Source of the DNA: Lama glama
Lineage: Eukaryota
DNA length: 64,000 bases
Direction: 5' to 3'
Assembly (NCBI GenBank): GCA_028534125.1
Contig: CM052817.1
Location: 28,646,001-28,710,000, forward strand
Shown here: positions 1-12,879 of the stretch, piece by piece
Layout of the letters: each line of letters begins with the position of its first letter
Position numbering within the stretch: the stretch's first letter is position 1
Notes under the pieces: model-generated
Told to the model about the DNA's origin: nothing
What the model saw: only the letters and a program-made list of their open reading frames with translations
Database searches by the model: none
Position numbers and translations under genes: made by a program

Positions 1-149
1 AAAGAAAAAAGAGCAGGTAAAGTAAGGGAAGCACACAAAAGCATACAATATCTGTCTATGTCAACACAATGATTCACTTTACACTGTTTGGACATCTGAG
101 TGGTCGGGGAACGCATAACAGGCACGCATGACTGGGGAGAAAATAACCA

Positions 150-330
150 GAGTTTAGTGTTGGACTGGTAAATATGAGATGTCAGGCAGACATGCCCAGG
201 AGATGCAGAGTAGGCAGATGGATATGGGAGTCTAGAATTCATGAGAGGGAGTTCAGTAGTAGACAAAATTTGGAAGTCATTAGCCTATAGGTGATACAAC
301 ATACAGTAAGTCTGAAATGGATCCCAATGA
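150..330 (-). mobile_element. L2 LINE fragment
   Basis: gagatgtcaggcagacatgcccaggagatgcagagtaggcagatggatatgggagtctag resembles the antisense L2 3' region; boundaries approximate. Confidence 0.6.
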
Positions 331-365
331 TATTTAAAAGTTTAAACACCACTAATTTTTCAATC

Positions 366-443
366 CCCCTTTCCTCCTCTTTTCCTCTTACCCCACACTT
401 CTTTCTCCTCCACCTTCTTCTTCTTCATCTTTTTTTTTTTTTT
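366..443 (+). repeat. Polypyrimidine/low-complexity tract ending in a T run
   Basis: C/T-rich stretch with ctt repeats followed by a run of T. Confidence 0.85.
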
Positions 444-2319
444 GTATGTGTCTATCAGACGGGACAGAGTTAAATTGTAAACATACTCTTCTTTGCCTTT
501 CTGTAGCTTACTTTATAGCAATTCAGTAAATAAGGTCTTCCTTACTTCTTTCCCATAGTTCAGCTGTATCCTCTGTTTTTACCCACCTGTGTTAAAACTG
601 AAGCAGACATACGTGTTAATAATTCCCCAGAGAATGTCCAATTTAAGGGTAAAGTAGGCCAGGCCACAAAGGCAAGTTCAGGTTTGACGATCCTGGAGAG
701 AGATGACTTGGATTTGACTCATTACTTTTACTTTGTGAAAAGCAATTCAAAGTCTCTACAGTTAAGAATAAAAAGAGTGTACACAGTCCCTCAATGCCTC
801 TTAATGTTCATCAGGGAGACACACCAGTAATTAGATGGGCTCAGTATGTGGCACAAAAGGAGGAATTGGTTGGGTCAGTAGAAAACAGGAATTTTATGCC
901 ACTTTAAACTAGGGTGCTGGAGCATGTCAGCATTCAAAGGGTCATGCTGTTTCCATAGAAGGAAATTCTTATCCTGCCAAAATTACACATTTCTTTACTC
1001 TTATTCTTACCGAAGCATGAAGTTTCTTTGTAATTTCAGTGCAAGATCCCTGGCCATGCCATGGTGTGACAGAGAAAAATTCACATTTTACTGACGATTT
1101 TCTAAAGGAAACCATGGAGGAGTATTAACATACACACATACAGTCTCATCTGATGTTTCTTTTCTGAAGAGCCCCTGCTGTCATTTCTCTCATAACTTCC
1201 CCTCCCAAGCTACTGGTAGTTTTTCTCATTTGTTATGCAGTGTAGTTGCAGCTGTGGCCCACACACATCATACCACTCAGCAAGGAGTCTTGTGGAGTGC
1301 TTTATCCTAAGAAAGGCTTCTGGGATTATAAATAACAGACAATATTTCCTATCATTCAGTCATTCAAGCAAAACATTGAGAACCAATTGTGTGGATTCAT
1401 GGAGAAGTCTCCTCTGGCCTTCAGGACCATGCCTGTCATGTTCTAAGAACCTTGTGCCTTAAATACCTTCAAACAATCCAATTAGTGTATTGAAGCATTT
1501 ACTGGAAAATTATTTAAAGATTGTGGAGGCTCAGTACCTACAACTTGTGAAAAAGTTAAGTCATAATTAGAGTTTTGCTTTTACATCTGTGCTTAAAATA
1601 AGCATTACTCCTTTACTAATATTATGAACATTTTATGAACATAATTTATCTCCATTGCCCTTCACTTAATCTGTTTCTGTTGATATATGACACATTCTAA
1701 ATTGCTAGAAGTAAGTTATTACAGTGAGCAATTTCTAATTATTTCCTCTGATTAAAGTTCAGATATGTCAAGGAACCTGCTTCCACATGTTGCTGTTTGA
1801 TGGGAGAAACTGCTTTTTAACCTATCTCAGCCATTTAAAAAATATATGAATAGGAGCTTCCATTAATGTCTGTGAAATGCTTTAATTTTTTTGTTTCTTG
1901 TTTCCTTCTGATTTATAGGGGGATAAATTACCAAAGCCATCATATCTTAGAAATAATAAAGTACTACTAGAATGAATAGAAGTATCATATGTTTTATTTA
2001 GTCTAAGGGTGAACCCGATTAGGCATCTGTCAGAAAAGTTTATAATCAGATGCAAATCTACATGTTGGGCTTTTTACTCATACTTCCGGTCAGGCCTTTC
2101 TGCAGAGAAAATTATTAATTCTCTAAGGCACTTGTTTTCCAACTATATTCTCCCATAATCAGGAGTTTGATGGAGAGCTTAATTTTAATCATACTGAAAA
2201 TTTTAAAAATTAATTTGAAAGATTGAAAATCCATGAAAGTCTGATCAGAGCAGAAGACAACTAGGAAGGAAAAAAATAAAGTGGTTAATAAAATGTCTCC
2301 AAAATGTTGCAAAAAGAAA

Positions 2320-2520
2320 CTTTGGGATTTGAAATTAGTTGAACTGAACTTAAACTTTTGATTCTGCCTCTCTTTAACTGTATAACCTTGGGGAAATTGC
2401 TTAGTTCATCAGAAACTGTTCCTTTAGAAATTGTTTGGAGAGAAAATTACTGGTTCCTAAGTGGTACTGTCAAGAACAAGTTAATAATGTTTGTGATTAT
2501 TCTTTGTAAATGTAAAAATG
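2320..2520 (+). mobile_element. Degenerate MIR SINE
   Basis: ttctgcctctctttaactgtataaccttggggaaattgcttag resembles the MIR core. Confidence 0.5.
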
Positions 2521-2834
2521 TTATAGAAATGATAGAAATTATTTTTCAACTATAATAAAATCATGTTAATTTTCATGCATTTAATTGCTCATTGGCAAGA
2601 AGATACTTGATAGAATGATAAACTGTCAAAGAGAAACTGAATGTCCAAAGTCCTTTGAGCACAAATCTGTATCATTATAAAAGTGATTCATTCAATGGAA
2701 AGTGAGTAATAAAAAGTAACTTTCAAATAAATAACTTCTGTCATAAACATAATGGGATTGTAACAAATATTTAATAATGCTTAAAATTCCATCAATTAAT
2801 GCCAAATTAATTTAATTTAAAAACATTATTAGGT

Positions 2835-5800
2835 GCAAAAATATTGTAATAAATACATAAAACAATATTACCAGACATAAAAGGAGAAATTATCAGTAAC
2901 ATGATAATAGTAGGGCACTACATCAACCCATTTGCATTAATGGACAGATCATCCAGACAGAAAATCAATAAGAAAAGACTGGCCTCAAATAACACATCAG
3001 ATCAAATATTCCATCCAAAAGTAGCAAGCAGAATATACATTTTTTTCAAGAACACAGGGAACATTCTCCAGGATAGATCACATACTAGGCTACAAAACAA
3101 GATGTCTCAGTAAGTTTAAGAATGAAATTATAGTTACCGTATTTTGCAAACATAACACTTTGAAACTAGAAATAAACCAAAGGAAAAAACTGCAAAAAAT
3201 CACAAACATTTGGAGGCTAAATGATATGCTACTAAACTACAAATAAATCACTAAAAAATCAAAGAAGAAATTTAAAAATACCTGTAGACAAATGAAAATA
3301 TAAAAAAAGCAGTAAACGCAGTCCTAAAAGGGAAGTTTATAGTGATACAAGCCTACATGAAGAAAAAAGAAAATTTTCAAGTAAACAACTTAACTTTAAT
3401 CTAAAGTAACTAGAATAAAGAAGAAACATAACCCAAGGCTAATAGAAGGAGAAAAATCATAAAGATCACAGGAGGAATAAATAAAATAGAGGCTAGAAAA
3501 AAAGAAAAGATCAGTGAAACTGTGAGCTCGTTCTTTGAAAACATAAACAAAATTGATAAAACTTCAGCCAGACTCATTACAGAAAAGAGAGATATCACAA
3601 ATCAATAAAGCCAGAAATGAAGAAAGAGAAGTTACAGTTGACATCAAAGAAATACAAAGAATCATAAGAGATTACTTTGAACAATTTTATGTCAATAAAC
3701 CAGACAACCTAGAAAAAATGGAAAAATTCCCAGAAATGTACAATCTCCTAATACTGAAACAGGAAGAAACAGACAATATGAACAAGACTAATTACCAGTA
3801 ATGAGATACAATCAATAACATTAAAAAATTCCAACAAACAAAAGTCCAAGACCAGATGGCTTCCCAGGTGAGTTCTACCAAACATTTAGGGAAGAGTTAA
3901 CACCTATCTTTCTCAAATTATTCCAAAAATTGTAGAAATGCTTCCCAACTCATTTTATGAGGTCAGCATTAGCTTGATACCAAAACAGGGGGAAAAAAAA
4001 ACTGCAAAAGAGAAAATTAGAGGCCAATATCCCTGATGAACATAGTTGCAAAAATCCTTAACAAAATATGAACAAACCAAATTCAACACAACATTAAAAG
4101 CATCTTATATCATGAAAAAATGGGATTTATCCCAGAGATGTCAGTAAGTTGCAATATCCACAAATAAATCAATGTGATACATCATATTAACAAATTGAAG
4201 AATAAAAATTATATGATCACTTCCATAGATGCATAAAATGCTTTATACAAAATTCAACATCCATTTATGATCAAAACCCTCAACAAAGTGGGCATAGAGG
4301 GAACATACATCAATATATTGTGGTCCTATATGATAAACCCATAGCTAACATTATACTCAACAGTGAAAAGTAGAAAGCTTTTACACTAAGATTGGGAAAA
4401 GGACAAAGATGTCCACTCTCACTACTTTTATTCAACATAATATTGGCAGTCTTAGCCCCAGCAATCAGAGAAGAGAAATAAATTTAAAACATTTCAATTG
4501 GAAAGGAAGAAGTAAAACTGCAGATGCATAATACTACACTTAGAAAATCCTAAAGATGTCAACAAATAACTACTGGAGTTCATCAATGAATTCGATAAGG
4601 TTGCAGGATACAAAATTAAGGAACATAAATCTGTTGCACTTCTATACACTAACAATGAACTCTCAGAAAGAAAAATTAAGAAAACAATCCCATTTACAAT
4701 TGTATCAAAATGAATAAACTGCCTAGGAATTAATCTAACCAAGGAGGTCATGGGCCTTTCCTCTACAATTGTATCAAAATGAATAAACTGCCTAGGAATT
4801 AATCTAACCAAGGAGGTCATGGGCCTTTCCTCAGAAAACTGTAAGACACTGATGAAAGGAATTAAAGACAATACAAAGAGAGGAAAAGATACACTATGTT
4901 CATCAATTAAAAGAATTAATACTGTTAAAATGACCAAACTACCCAAGGCAAACTACAGATTCCATGCAATCTCTATCAAAATATCTCTAACATTTCTCAG
5001 AGAACTAGAACAAATGATTCTAAAAGTTTGTAGGGAAACACAAAAGACCCCAAATAGCCAAAGTCATTTTGAGAAAGAAGAACAAAACTGTAGTGATCAT
5101 ACTCCCTGATTCCAAACTATACTACAAAGCTTCAATAATCAAAATAGAATGGTACTGGCACAAAAACAGACACAAAGATGAAGGGAAGAGAACAGAGGGC
5201 CTAGAAATGAATTCACACTTATATGAACAATTAATCTATGACCCAGGAGGCAAGAATATGCAACAAAGAAAAGACACCCTCTTCAATAAATGATGTTGAG
5301 AAACTGGACAGCTACATGCAAAAGGATCAAGCTAGACTGCCTGCTCACATGAAGCACAGCAATAAATTAAAAATGGATTAAATTCTTAAACATAAGACAT
5401 GAAACCCTAAAACCTCTACAGGAAAACATAGGTATTACGCTTCTTGACATTAGTTTTCTTAAAATTCTTTGGCTATGTCTCCTCAGGGAAAGGGAAACAA
5501 AAGCAAAAATAAACAAATGAGACTACACCCAACTAAAAAGCTTTTGCACAGGGAAGAAAACTATCAACAAAACAAAAAGGCCACACACTAAATGGGGGAA
5601 GATATTTGCAAACAATATATCCAATAAAGGGTTAATATCCAAAATAGGCAAGAAAATCATACAACTCAACACCAAAAAAACAAACAATCTGATTTAAAAA
5701 ATGGGCAGAGGAACTGAATAGACATTTTTCCAAGAAAGATATGTAGATGACCAATGGGCACATGAAAAGATGTTCAGTATCACTAAATCAGCAAAGAAAT

Positions 5801-7028
5801 GTAAATCAAAACCACAATGAGATATCCCCTCATACCTGTCAGAATGGCTAGTATCCAAAAGACAACATATAACGAGTGTTAGAAGGATGTGGAGAAAAGG
5901 GGACTGCTGTGTATCGTTGGTGGGTAATTTTGTGCTACCACTCTGTAGGACACAGTATGGAAATTTCTCTAAAATTAAAAAGTAGAATTACCATATAGTC
6001 CAGCAATTCTGCTCTCAGGTGTTTATCCAAAGAAAACACAAATATCAGTTGGGAAAGATGTATGCACCCCTGTTTTCATTGCAGTATTATTTACAATAGT
6101 CAAGCTATGGAGGCAACCTAAGTGTCCATCAAAAGATGAATGAATAAAGAAGATGTGGTATATATTATGCAATAGAATACTATTCAGCCATAAAAAATGA
6201 AATCTTGCCATTTGTGACATGACATGGACCTAAAGTGTATAATGCTAAGTGAAATATATCAGGAAGAGAAAGACAAATGCTGTATGATTCCACTTATATG
6301 TGGCATCTAAATAAACAAAACAAATCACCAAACATAACAAAACAGAAACAAAGTTAGAGTTACAGAGAGCAAACAGCTTGTTGTTAGAATGGAGAGGAGT
6401 GGAGGGAGGAAAGAAATAGGTGAGGGAGATTTAGAGGAACAAACTTCCAGTTGCAAAATGAATGAGTCATTGGTATAAAATGTAAAATGTGGAGAATATA
6501 GTCAATAAGTAAATCTTTGTATGGTGACATATCGCAACTAGACTTAACGTGGTAATCAATTTGAAATGTATAAAAATGGTGAATCACTATGTTGTATACC
6601 AGGAACTAGAATAACGTTATAGATCAATTATACTTCAAACACAAAGAAACTCATTGAAAAAAAAAAGATCAGATTTGTTACTTCCTGAGGCAAGGATGGG
6701 GGGGAATTGGATGAGGCCAGTCAAAAGTTACAGACTTCCAGTTATAAGATAAACAAGTATTAGGTATATAATGTACAATGTGATAAATGTGATTAACACT
6801 GCTGTACATTATATATGAAAGTCGTTAGAAGAGTAAACCCTAAGAGTTCTCATCACAAGAAAAAAACTATTTCTAGTTCTTTAATTTTGTATCTATACAA
6901 AATGATAGATGTTCACTAAGCTTATTGTGATAATCATTTCATATATGTAAATTAAATTATAATGCTGTACAGATTAAACTTATATAGTTCTATATGTCAA
7001 TTATATCTCAATAAAACTGGAAGAAAAA
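2835..7028 (+). mobile_element. 5'-truncated, decayed LINE-1 (ORF2 endonuclease-RT-C-terminal remnant plus 3' UTR)
   Basis: ORF-track peptides match L1 ORF2p ([51 protein letters not shown]). ORF2 ends CMIPLICGI* at ~6310. Many stops and frameshifts; the RT FADD motif is disrupted at ~4517-4530. AATAAA and an A-rich end lie near 7010-7028. Confidence 0.95.
4695..4832 (+). repeat. Exact 69-bp tandem duplication inside L1 ORF2
   Basis: tacaattgtatcaaaatgaataaactgcctaggaattaatctaaccaaggaggtcatgggcctttcctc occurs identically at 4695-4763 and 4764-4832. Confidence 0.97.
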
Positions 7029-7164
7029 TAATTAATTGAGCACAGTCAAATGTACTAGGCTCTGAGGACTACAAACTTGAACTAAACACATCATTTTCCT
7101 TTTGGTATTTCACACCATCTCCATTTGGGTATTCGTGTGGGTAACCAAATTCTAAATATTATGA

Positions 7165-7370
7165 GACAATGAATCAACAGACACACACTATAGATAAACA
7201 ACAAAGACCTACTATACAGTACAGGGAACTATATTTGATTTTCTGTAATAAGCTATAATGGAAAAGAATCTGAAAATACGTGTATACATATGTGTGTATA
7301 TGTATAACTGAATCACTTTGCTATGCATCCAAAACTGACATTGTAAATCAACTATATTTCAAAAAAAAAA
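7165..7370 (+). mobile_element. L1 3'-end fragment (artiodactyl type) with A tail
   Basis: tagataaacaacaaagacctactatacagtacagggaactatat...cattgtaaatcaactatatttc(A)10. Confidence 0.85.
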
Positions 7371-7899
7371 CTTTTTTAAGATAATGGGCATAAAAGAAAG
7401 TAAAAACAATTCATTAATCTTAAACCACTGATAATAATAAATTCCATCTTTGTTTTACTTCACTCTATAACTGCAGTGAAGACAAACATAAGCCTATGTT
7501 CAGCATAAGAGGAAAGAGAAAATAAAATAATAAAGGACGATCATTTTGAAACGCTATTATAACTAAAGCTATGTTTAGGAAACTGTTATCCTTATTAAAA
7601 TTATTCTGATTTTCACTTCCTAGTATCAGTGTATATTTCAATCAGAATCTATAATCTCAGACTAAAAATAATTCCTTCCTCGGAGGTATAATCATACTTT
7701 AATGCTAAATATTTGGTGCAGTGTCAACAACCCAAAGGAGACTGAAGTTCAGGTGATATGTCTGTAGGGGCTTAGGAGTGACAGTGACTCAAAGTAAGCA
7801 AGATTAATGATCCTTTTTTTCAAGACAGGATTAAATTTTGTGTTGATGTCTGTATACTCAGGAGGAGGCTGGCTTAGAGAAATGGAAAAAAGGAATTTT

Positions 7900-9110
7900 A
7901 CTTATTTATTTAGTAAATAATGTTGAAGCATCTACTATTTGCCAGCCTGTGATCTAGACACAAAGACACAGTGGCAAATAAGAAAGGGTGTGTATTTATG
8001 GAACTTACATTCTATTGAAGGACAGAGACAAGTAATCAAATCCACAGTAAAAAAATAAATATATAAAATTAAAAAACAATCCTCCTAAAAAGGAATTCTC
8101 AGAGCTATGAAGACAAAGAGCAGAATAAGAGACAGAGTATGTATGTTTCCTATGCTATTTAGATGGGATAATCAGGCATAGATCCTTAGAGATGACACTA
8201 CAGAAGAACAGCAAATGTAGACTCCAAAGCAGGCTCAGTGCACAAGAAACAGTCAAATGTGTATGGGAGCCAGTGAACCAAGAGAATTTGGAGGAGACCA
8301 AGTCACTCAAATAGTCATGGTTCAGATCTCAGAGGATCTTTCAGGCCATGAGGAAGACTTTCAATTATTCTAAATGCTATAGAAATCATTGGAGAGATTT
8401 GAGTTTAATGTGCTCTGATAAACATTTTAAAACTATGTGAAAAGTAGGCTTTAGGGAGAGTGTTGGGGAAGGTGGGCACAGGGAGAGGGAAGGAATGGAA
8501 GGAAGGAAACCACTTGGGAGATGTTGTAGTGCCCTCAGTAGACAGGATAGCGACTTGAACAAAGTAGTAGTGATGGAGGCAGTGAGAAGTGATTAGATTC
8601 TAGATATATTTAGAAGTATCTTAGCAGGACTTGTTGATGGATTGGACTTGAAAACAAAGGAAAACAAACATGACCCTACACTGTTGATCTAAGCTACTCG
8701 TGAAAAGCAATGGTGAAGACCTAGGGGAAGGGAGTGATTTGGAGATGTAGATCAGAAGTTCTGTTTTGAATATGTAAAAATTAATGTGCCACAATAACTA
8801 GGCAATTAAATAGAGGAGCCTAGCACCAAGGGAGAATCTAGGTTGGTGATATTAATTTGATGATCAAAGATAAGGATGGTATTTATGGCCATGGACGTGG
8901 ATAACATTATCCAAAGTGTGAGTGTAGATGAAGAAGAGAAGAAGCGCAAGGAGTGAGCTCTGAGAGATGCTGACAGCTAAGTGTCAGAAGAAGAGGAAGA
9001 GCCAATGGAGGAGACTGAGAAGGAGCAGTGTGCAGAGTAGGAGGAAACACAGATCTGGCAGGAAGTACACTCATGAGCTTTGGGAAGTTGGCTCCCGGTA
9101 TCACATCAAG
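7900..9110 (-). mobile_element. L2 LINE, ~1.2 kb
   Basis: Starts with the antisense L2 terminus (ttatttatttagtaaataatgttgaagcatctactatttgccag) and continues with L2 motifs such as gtgagaagtgattagattctagatatattt and caggacttgttgatggattgga. Confidence 0.8.
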
Positions 9111-10504
9111 GGTTGGATGTGGGATATCAGTGTTGAAATGAAATGTGACTGCAGTCTATATTTTAGCTAAAGATGAGATAAACACAGTCACACGAGGGAC
9201 CAGTGGCCATAGGGCCTCAGTGGTTCCATTCCAAGCACAGACATACTTTTTCTCTGGTCTATGATGGAAACTTTGGTTTTGAATCTTTGAAGTGTCTCTA
9301 TTTTTCAGAAGCTAATCAGGGTGAGCTAAGCCTGATAGCATGTGTCTTTCTGATAAACGGTTCTATATAAAAATTATGTTTTGCCTTCTCTCGGCAGACA
9401 GTTGCAATCATTGTCAGAGGAAATCTAGACAAACAAAATGGGGCAGCCTTGCACAGAGTGGTGTGAAAGAATTCCCACAATAGCTGTTTGCTAAAGGCAA
9501 TGTTTTATAGTTTCAATTATAACGCTGCTGGAAAATCACGGAATGTATATACAAATTCATTTACCTCGTTTGTTTTTCACCCTTAGGTACAATATTGTAA
9601 ACAACTGCCTTTGAAATCTGAAGCAGAAATTTATTTCCCACCAGTGTTTATTTATTCCTAGTCAAATGGACGTCCTACAATTAACATGTCATTTTGTGTA
9701 ACACTCTAGCAAGCTAGAGTTTTCATTTCATTAAATGGCACATTTTTATGGCTCCAAATGCTTCTTTGCCACCATTTATTGTGAAGGACCTACTCATAAT
9801 TGTAAAGTATGAACTCCTGATTACTGAGAAGATATTTTGGCTGAGTAAGTAATTCACTAATTACAACCACCATAAAAAAGAACAAAAATGAACAAAAAAC
9901 AAGTATACAGGAAAGCTCTCACCATGTATTTATTATTATTTTTTTTAATTATTATTATTATTATAACATCTGGTCATCTCTGAGAAGTATCAGTTCCCTT
10001 ATTTTGAGTGGAGCAGAAGAAAGAAATAAAGCATTTCCTGACGGATATAATGAAATCTAACTCAAAAACTAGACTGATGAATACATTTTTTTCCTTCTCT
10101 GATTTCCATGTCTCTAGAAGTTTTAAACAAACCTATCGGTACATATTAAATTCCTTATTGCCCAGATTTCAAGTGATGGTACAATGAATGAAGGGATATG
10201 AATACATTAGATAAACATGGCTTTGGGGTACAGGGGTTCAGGGTCGCAGAAAGAAGGATGATTCCCCCAGCTAACTACTTGAATGATACTTGCAGAGTTC
10301 ATTCTGTTCTACATCCTTTCTTGTCTTGCATCTATCTATAAGGAAGTTACAGTTCAGTTAAAACCAAACGCTTCTGGGAGAGGCGATCTGACTGGTCACC
10401 ACTCCAAGATGTGCCCATCTTCAAACTGAAATGCCTACACTTGGTTGGAGTCCATAATTCACTTTTAGGAGACAGATAAAATTGTCTGGTGAGATTATTT
10501 TTAA

Positions 10505-11129
10505 CTGTTTAATCAGTTAATGTTTTAGACAGGAAATCAGATACACCAAAGCACTCTGCACTGATTTAGAAAGGGATTTCATACAGGGAAATAAATGCCC
10601 GTAAAATCATTAAAAGGGCTGGAGGAATGCTATTTAGTCTGAGACTTCAGGAATAATTTCCAGACCCTGAGAACTTCCCAGCTGTGCGAGCTCTTACCAT
10701 TAAAACTAAAGCTTCACCACTCAAACCACTGAGATGAAGATGATATTGCTACCATGGTTGTATTCCAGACATGAGGAAGCCACCACCACCACAGATGTCT
10801 CCCAACATGCAAAACTGGTGCATGGCTTCTGGAAAGTGGTAACAGCATCCACCACCAGGAGACTCGAGAAGAGAAACTGGAACACTGCTCAGAAAAATTT
10901 CGCATCTCCATGACCTTACCTCCCAGGAGAAAACAGCTGAAAGGCCAGATGTCTTCATTCTCACTTGGGTTTTCCAGCTCTCCAATGGATGGATCTTTCT
11001 GGTTGGAATCAATTAGCAACCAGAATGTTAGTACATTGAAAAATGCAATTTTTAGCTTTCCAGCATCTGCATTAGAAAGACATCCTAGAACTCTGATGGA
11101 ATGAAGGAGGAGCTAAACAGTCTGCCACA
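10505..11129. mobile_element. Ancient LTR (ERVL/MaLR-like, family uncertain)
   Basis: Start ...aagggatttcatacagggaa... and end agtctgccaca resemble old ERVL/MaLR LTR termini. Confidence 0.4.
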
Positions 11130-11970
11130 CCTGCCACAAATGCAATTTTAGAACAAATACTATTCATTTCAAATAAAGGTAATATAAGAAGAAGCTTTTA
11201 ACTTTGGATTGTATGCACTCATAGGCTGAAAATGTTTGCCAAATCTTTCCAGAACCCCACTGTTTTCTAAAGTTTACCAGAATTTATTCTGCAGCAGAGT
11301 TATGGAGTAAAGTAACATGACATCATAGTGCGTTTCTTCCAAATCCTAAATCTTTGATACATTCTGTGTATGCTCACACTGATCACTTATTTTCACACAT
11401 AACATAAGGAGCATAAAGACAAGCCATTCAGTCATGTGTATTTAAACTTCAATAGTGGTGACAGCATAAGCTATGAAAATTGATTTTTAGTTTAAATTGG
11501 GTACTCCCAATGACAGCAATGAACCTGACTTTCCTACACAATAAGAAATTGCCACAGTCAGTCAATATTCCTTCATCTCATGTGACTTATTAAGCACATT
11601 TTTATCATTTTCTTTTTTGATCTATCAATGTGAAATAAATTTCCTTTCAAATAATATCATGAATTGACATTTAAATTAGATTTTTAAAATTCACTTAATT
11701 TCCTTATGTAACAATATCAAGGTCTGAGTTCCATTAATATTGTACCTAATATTGTTCTATGTGTGTAAATAAAAATTCTCATTTTCATTGAAATCATCAG
11801 TTAATTACCTGAGTTTAATTCTGAATAGGGCACTGTCAAAGATACCATAATGCTTAAATATGGGCAAAGATCTTGGGGATAAACAAGAAAGGCAAATACA
11901 CTATTGCTCTAAGAGTTTTATAAATTGTTATCAGTTAATGCATTTACCATTTATGCATTTATCATTCATC

Positions 11971-12126
11971 TTTTTTTTTAAGTATTAATCTATTGTTTTT
12001 TTGAGGGGGGAGGTAATTTGGTTTATTTATTTATTTACTTTCTTATTTTGAATGGAGACACTGGGGTTTGAACCCAGGACCTCGTGCATGTTAAGCAAAT
12101 GCTCTACCGCTGAGTTATACCCTCCC
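11971..12126 (-). mobile_element. Vic-1-type tRNA-Ala-derived SINE (camelid)
   Basis: Minus strand reads gggagggtataactcagcggtagagcatttgcttaacatgcacgaggtcctgggttcaaaccccagtgtctcca with A/B boxes, then a (TAAA)n linker, an attacctcccccc tail and poly(A). TSD-like atcattcatcttttt/accactcatcttttt (13/15). Confidence 0.85.
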
Positions 12127-12269
12127 ACCACTCATCTTTTTCCTACTAGAAAAATATGCAACTTCTCCACCTTCTTACTAAGACTATTGTGTCAAATTTT
12201 GACAGAATCTAGGAGGAATTTCTCTCTAAAGAGTCAATGGAACTGGCCTTAGATAATCATGTGCAATGC

Positions 12270-12879
12270 ATATTTGTGAGGGTTTCTGGTTGTTTTGTAT
12301 TGTTTTATTTTTATATTGCCTTTCCACCTATGACCTCCTCTGTGGGATTGTCAAAACTCACACCACCCACCAACACTTATGAGAGCTGGTGAGAGAGAAA
12401 GTCCATCTATGGCTGAGGACAAAAGCCTACAAGTTCAGCAGCTCGTTTTGCCTTTCTGCACACTGGGCCATGGAAAAGTGACCTAGGCCAGGCTAGTCTC
12501 TTAGGGCCCCTAGGACTCTGAATTTATATCTAATGATGCCAAGAAACAAGAAGAGAGACTTCACTGTGGCTGTTGCGGAGGTGTGTACAGTGTCCAGGAA
12601 GCAGGCTCAGTGGCGTTGCGCAGGGTCCAGAGCAGCTGCAGAGGGACAGCTCTCCAGGCTGGTGCCCATTGGCTGTGGCAGGGCTGGGGCCTGATTTGGA
12701 CTCTCTTTGACTGACTAGACTGCCTCTCACTTTCTATCCATTTTCTGAACTTCATCCCGAAGCCTTTGCAAGGTTTCTGTTAGTGTTCCATATCCTCAAT
12801 AAATCGCTGCTTTTTTAAAAAATCAAAAAGCAGCGATTTTGCATGTTTTTCCTTTCAGCTAAGAATCCCGACTAGTACA
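12270..12879 (+). mobile_element. ERVL-class (LTR16-like) 5' LTR
   Basis: AATAAA at ~12798 and terminus ctaagaatcccgactagtaca, typical of ERVL LTRs; directly followed by ERVL internal sequence. Left boundary approximate. Confidence 0.6.

Noticed and set aside
4494..4946. Longest ORF (150 aa, minus) with an internal peptide repeat
   Set aside because: Antisense to L1 ORF2; the repeat is simply the 69-bp duplication.
12052..12126. tRNA-Ala-like sequence (also at 63810-63885)
   Set aside because: Broken acceptor and anticodon stems, A-rich tails and TSDs identify both as SINEs, not tRNA genes.
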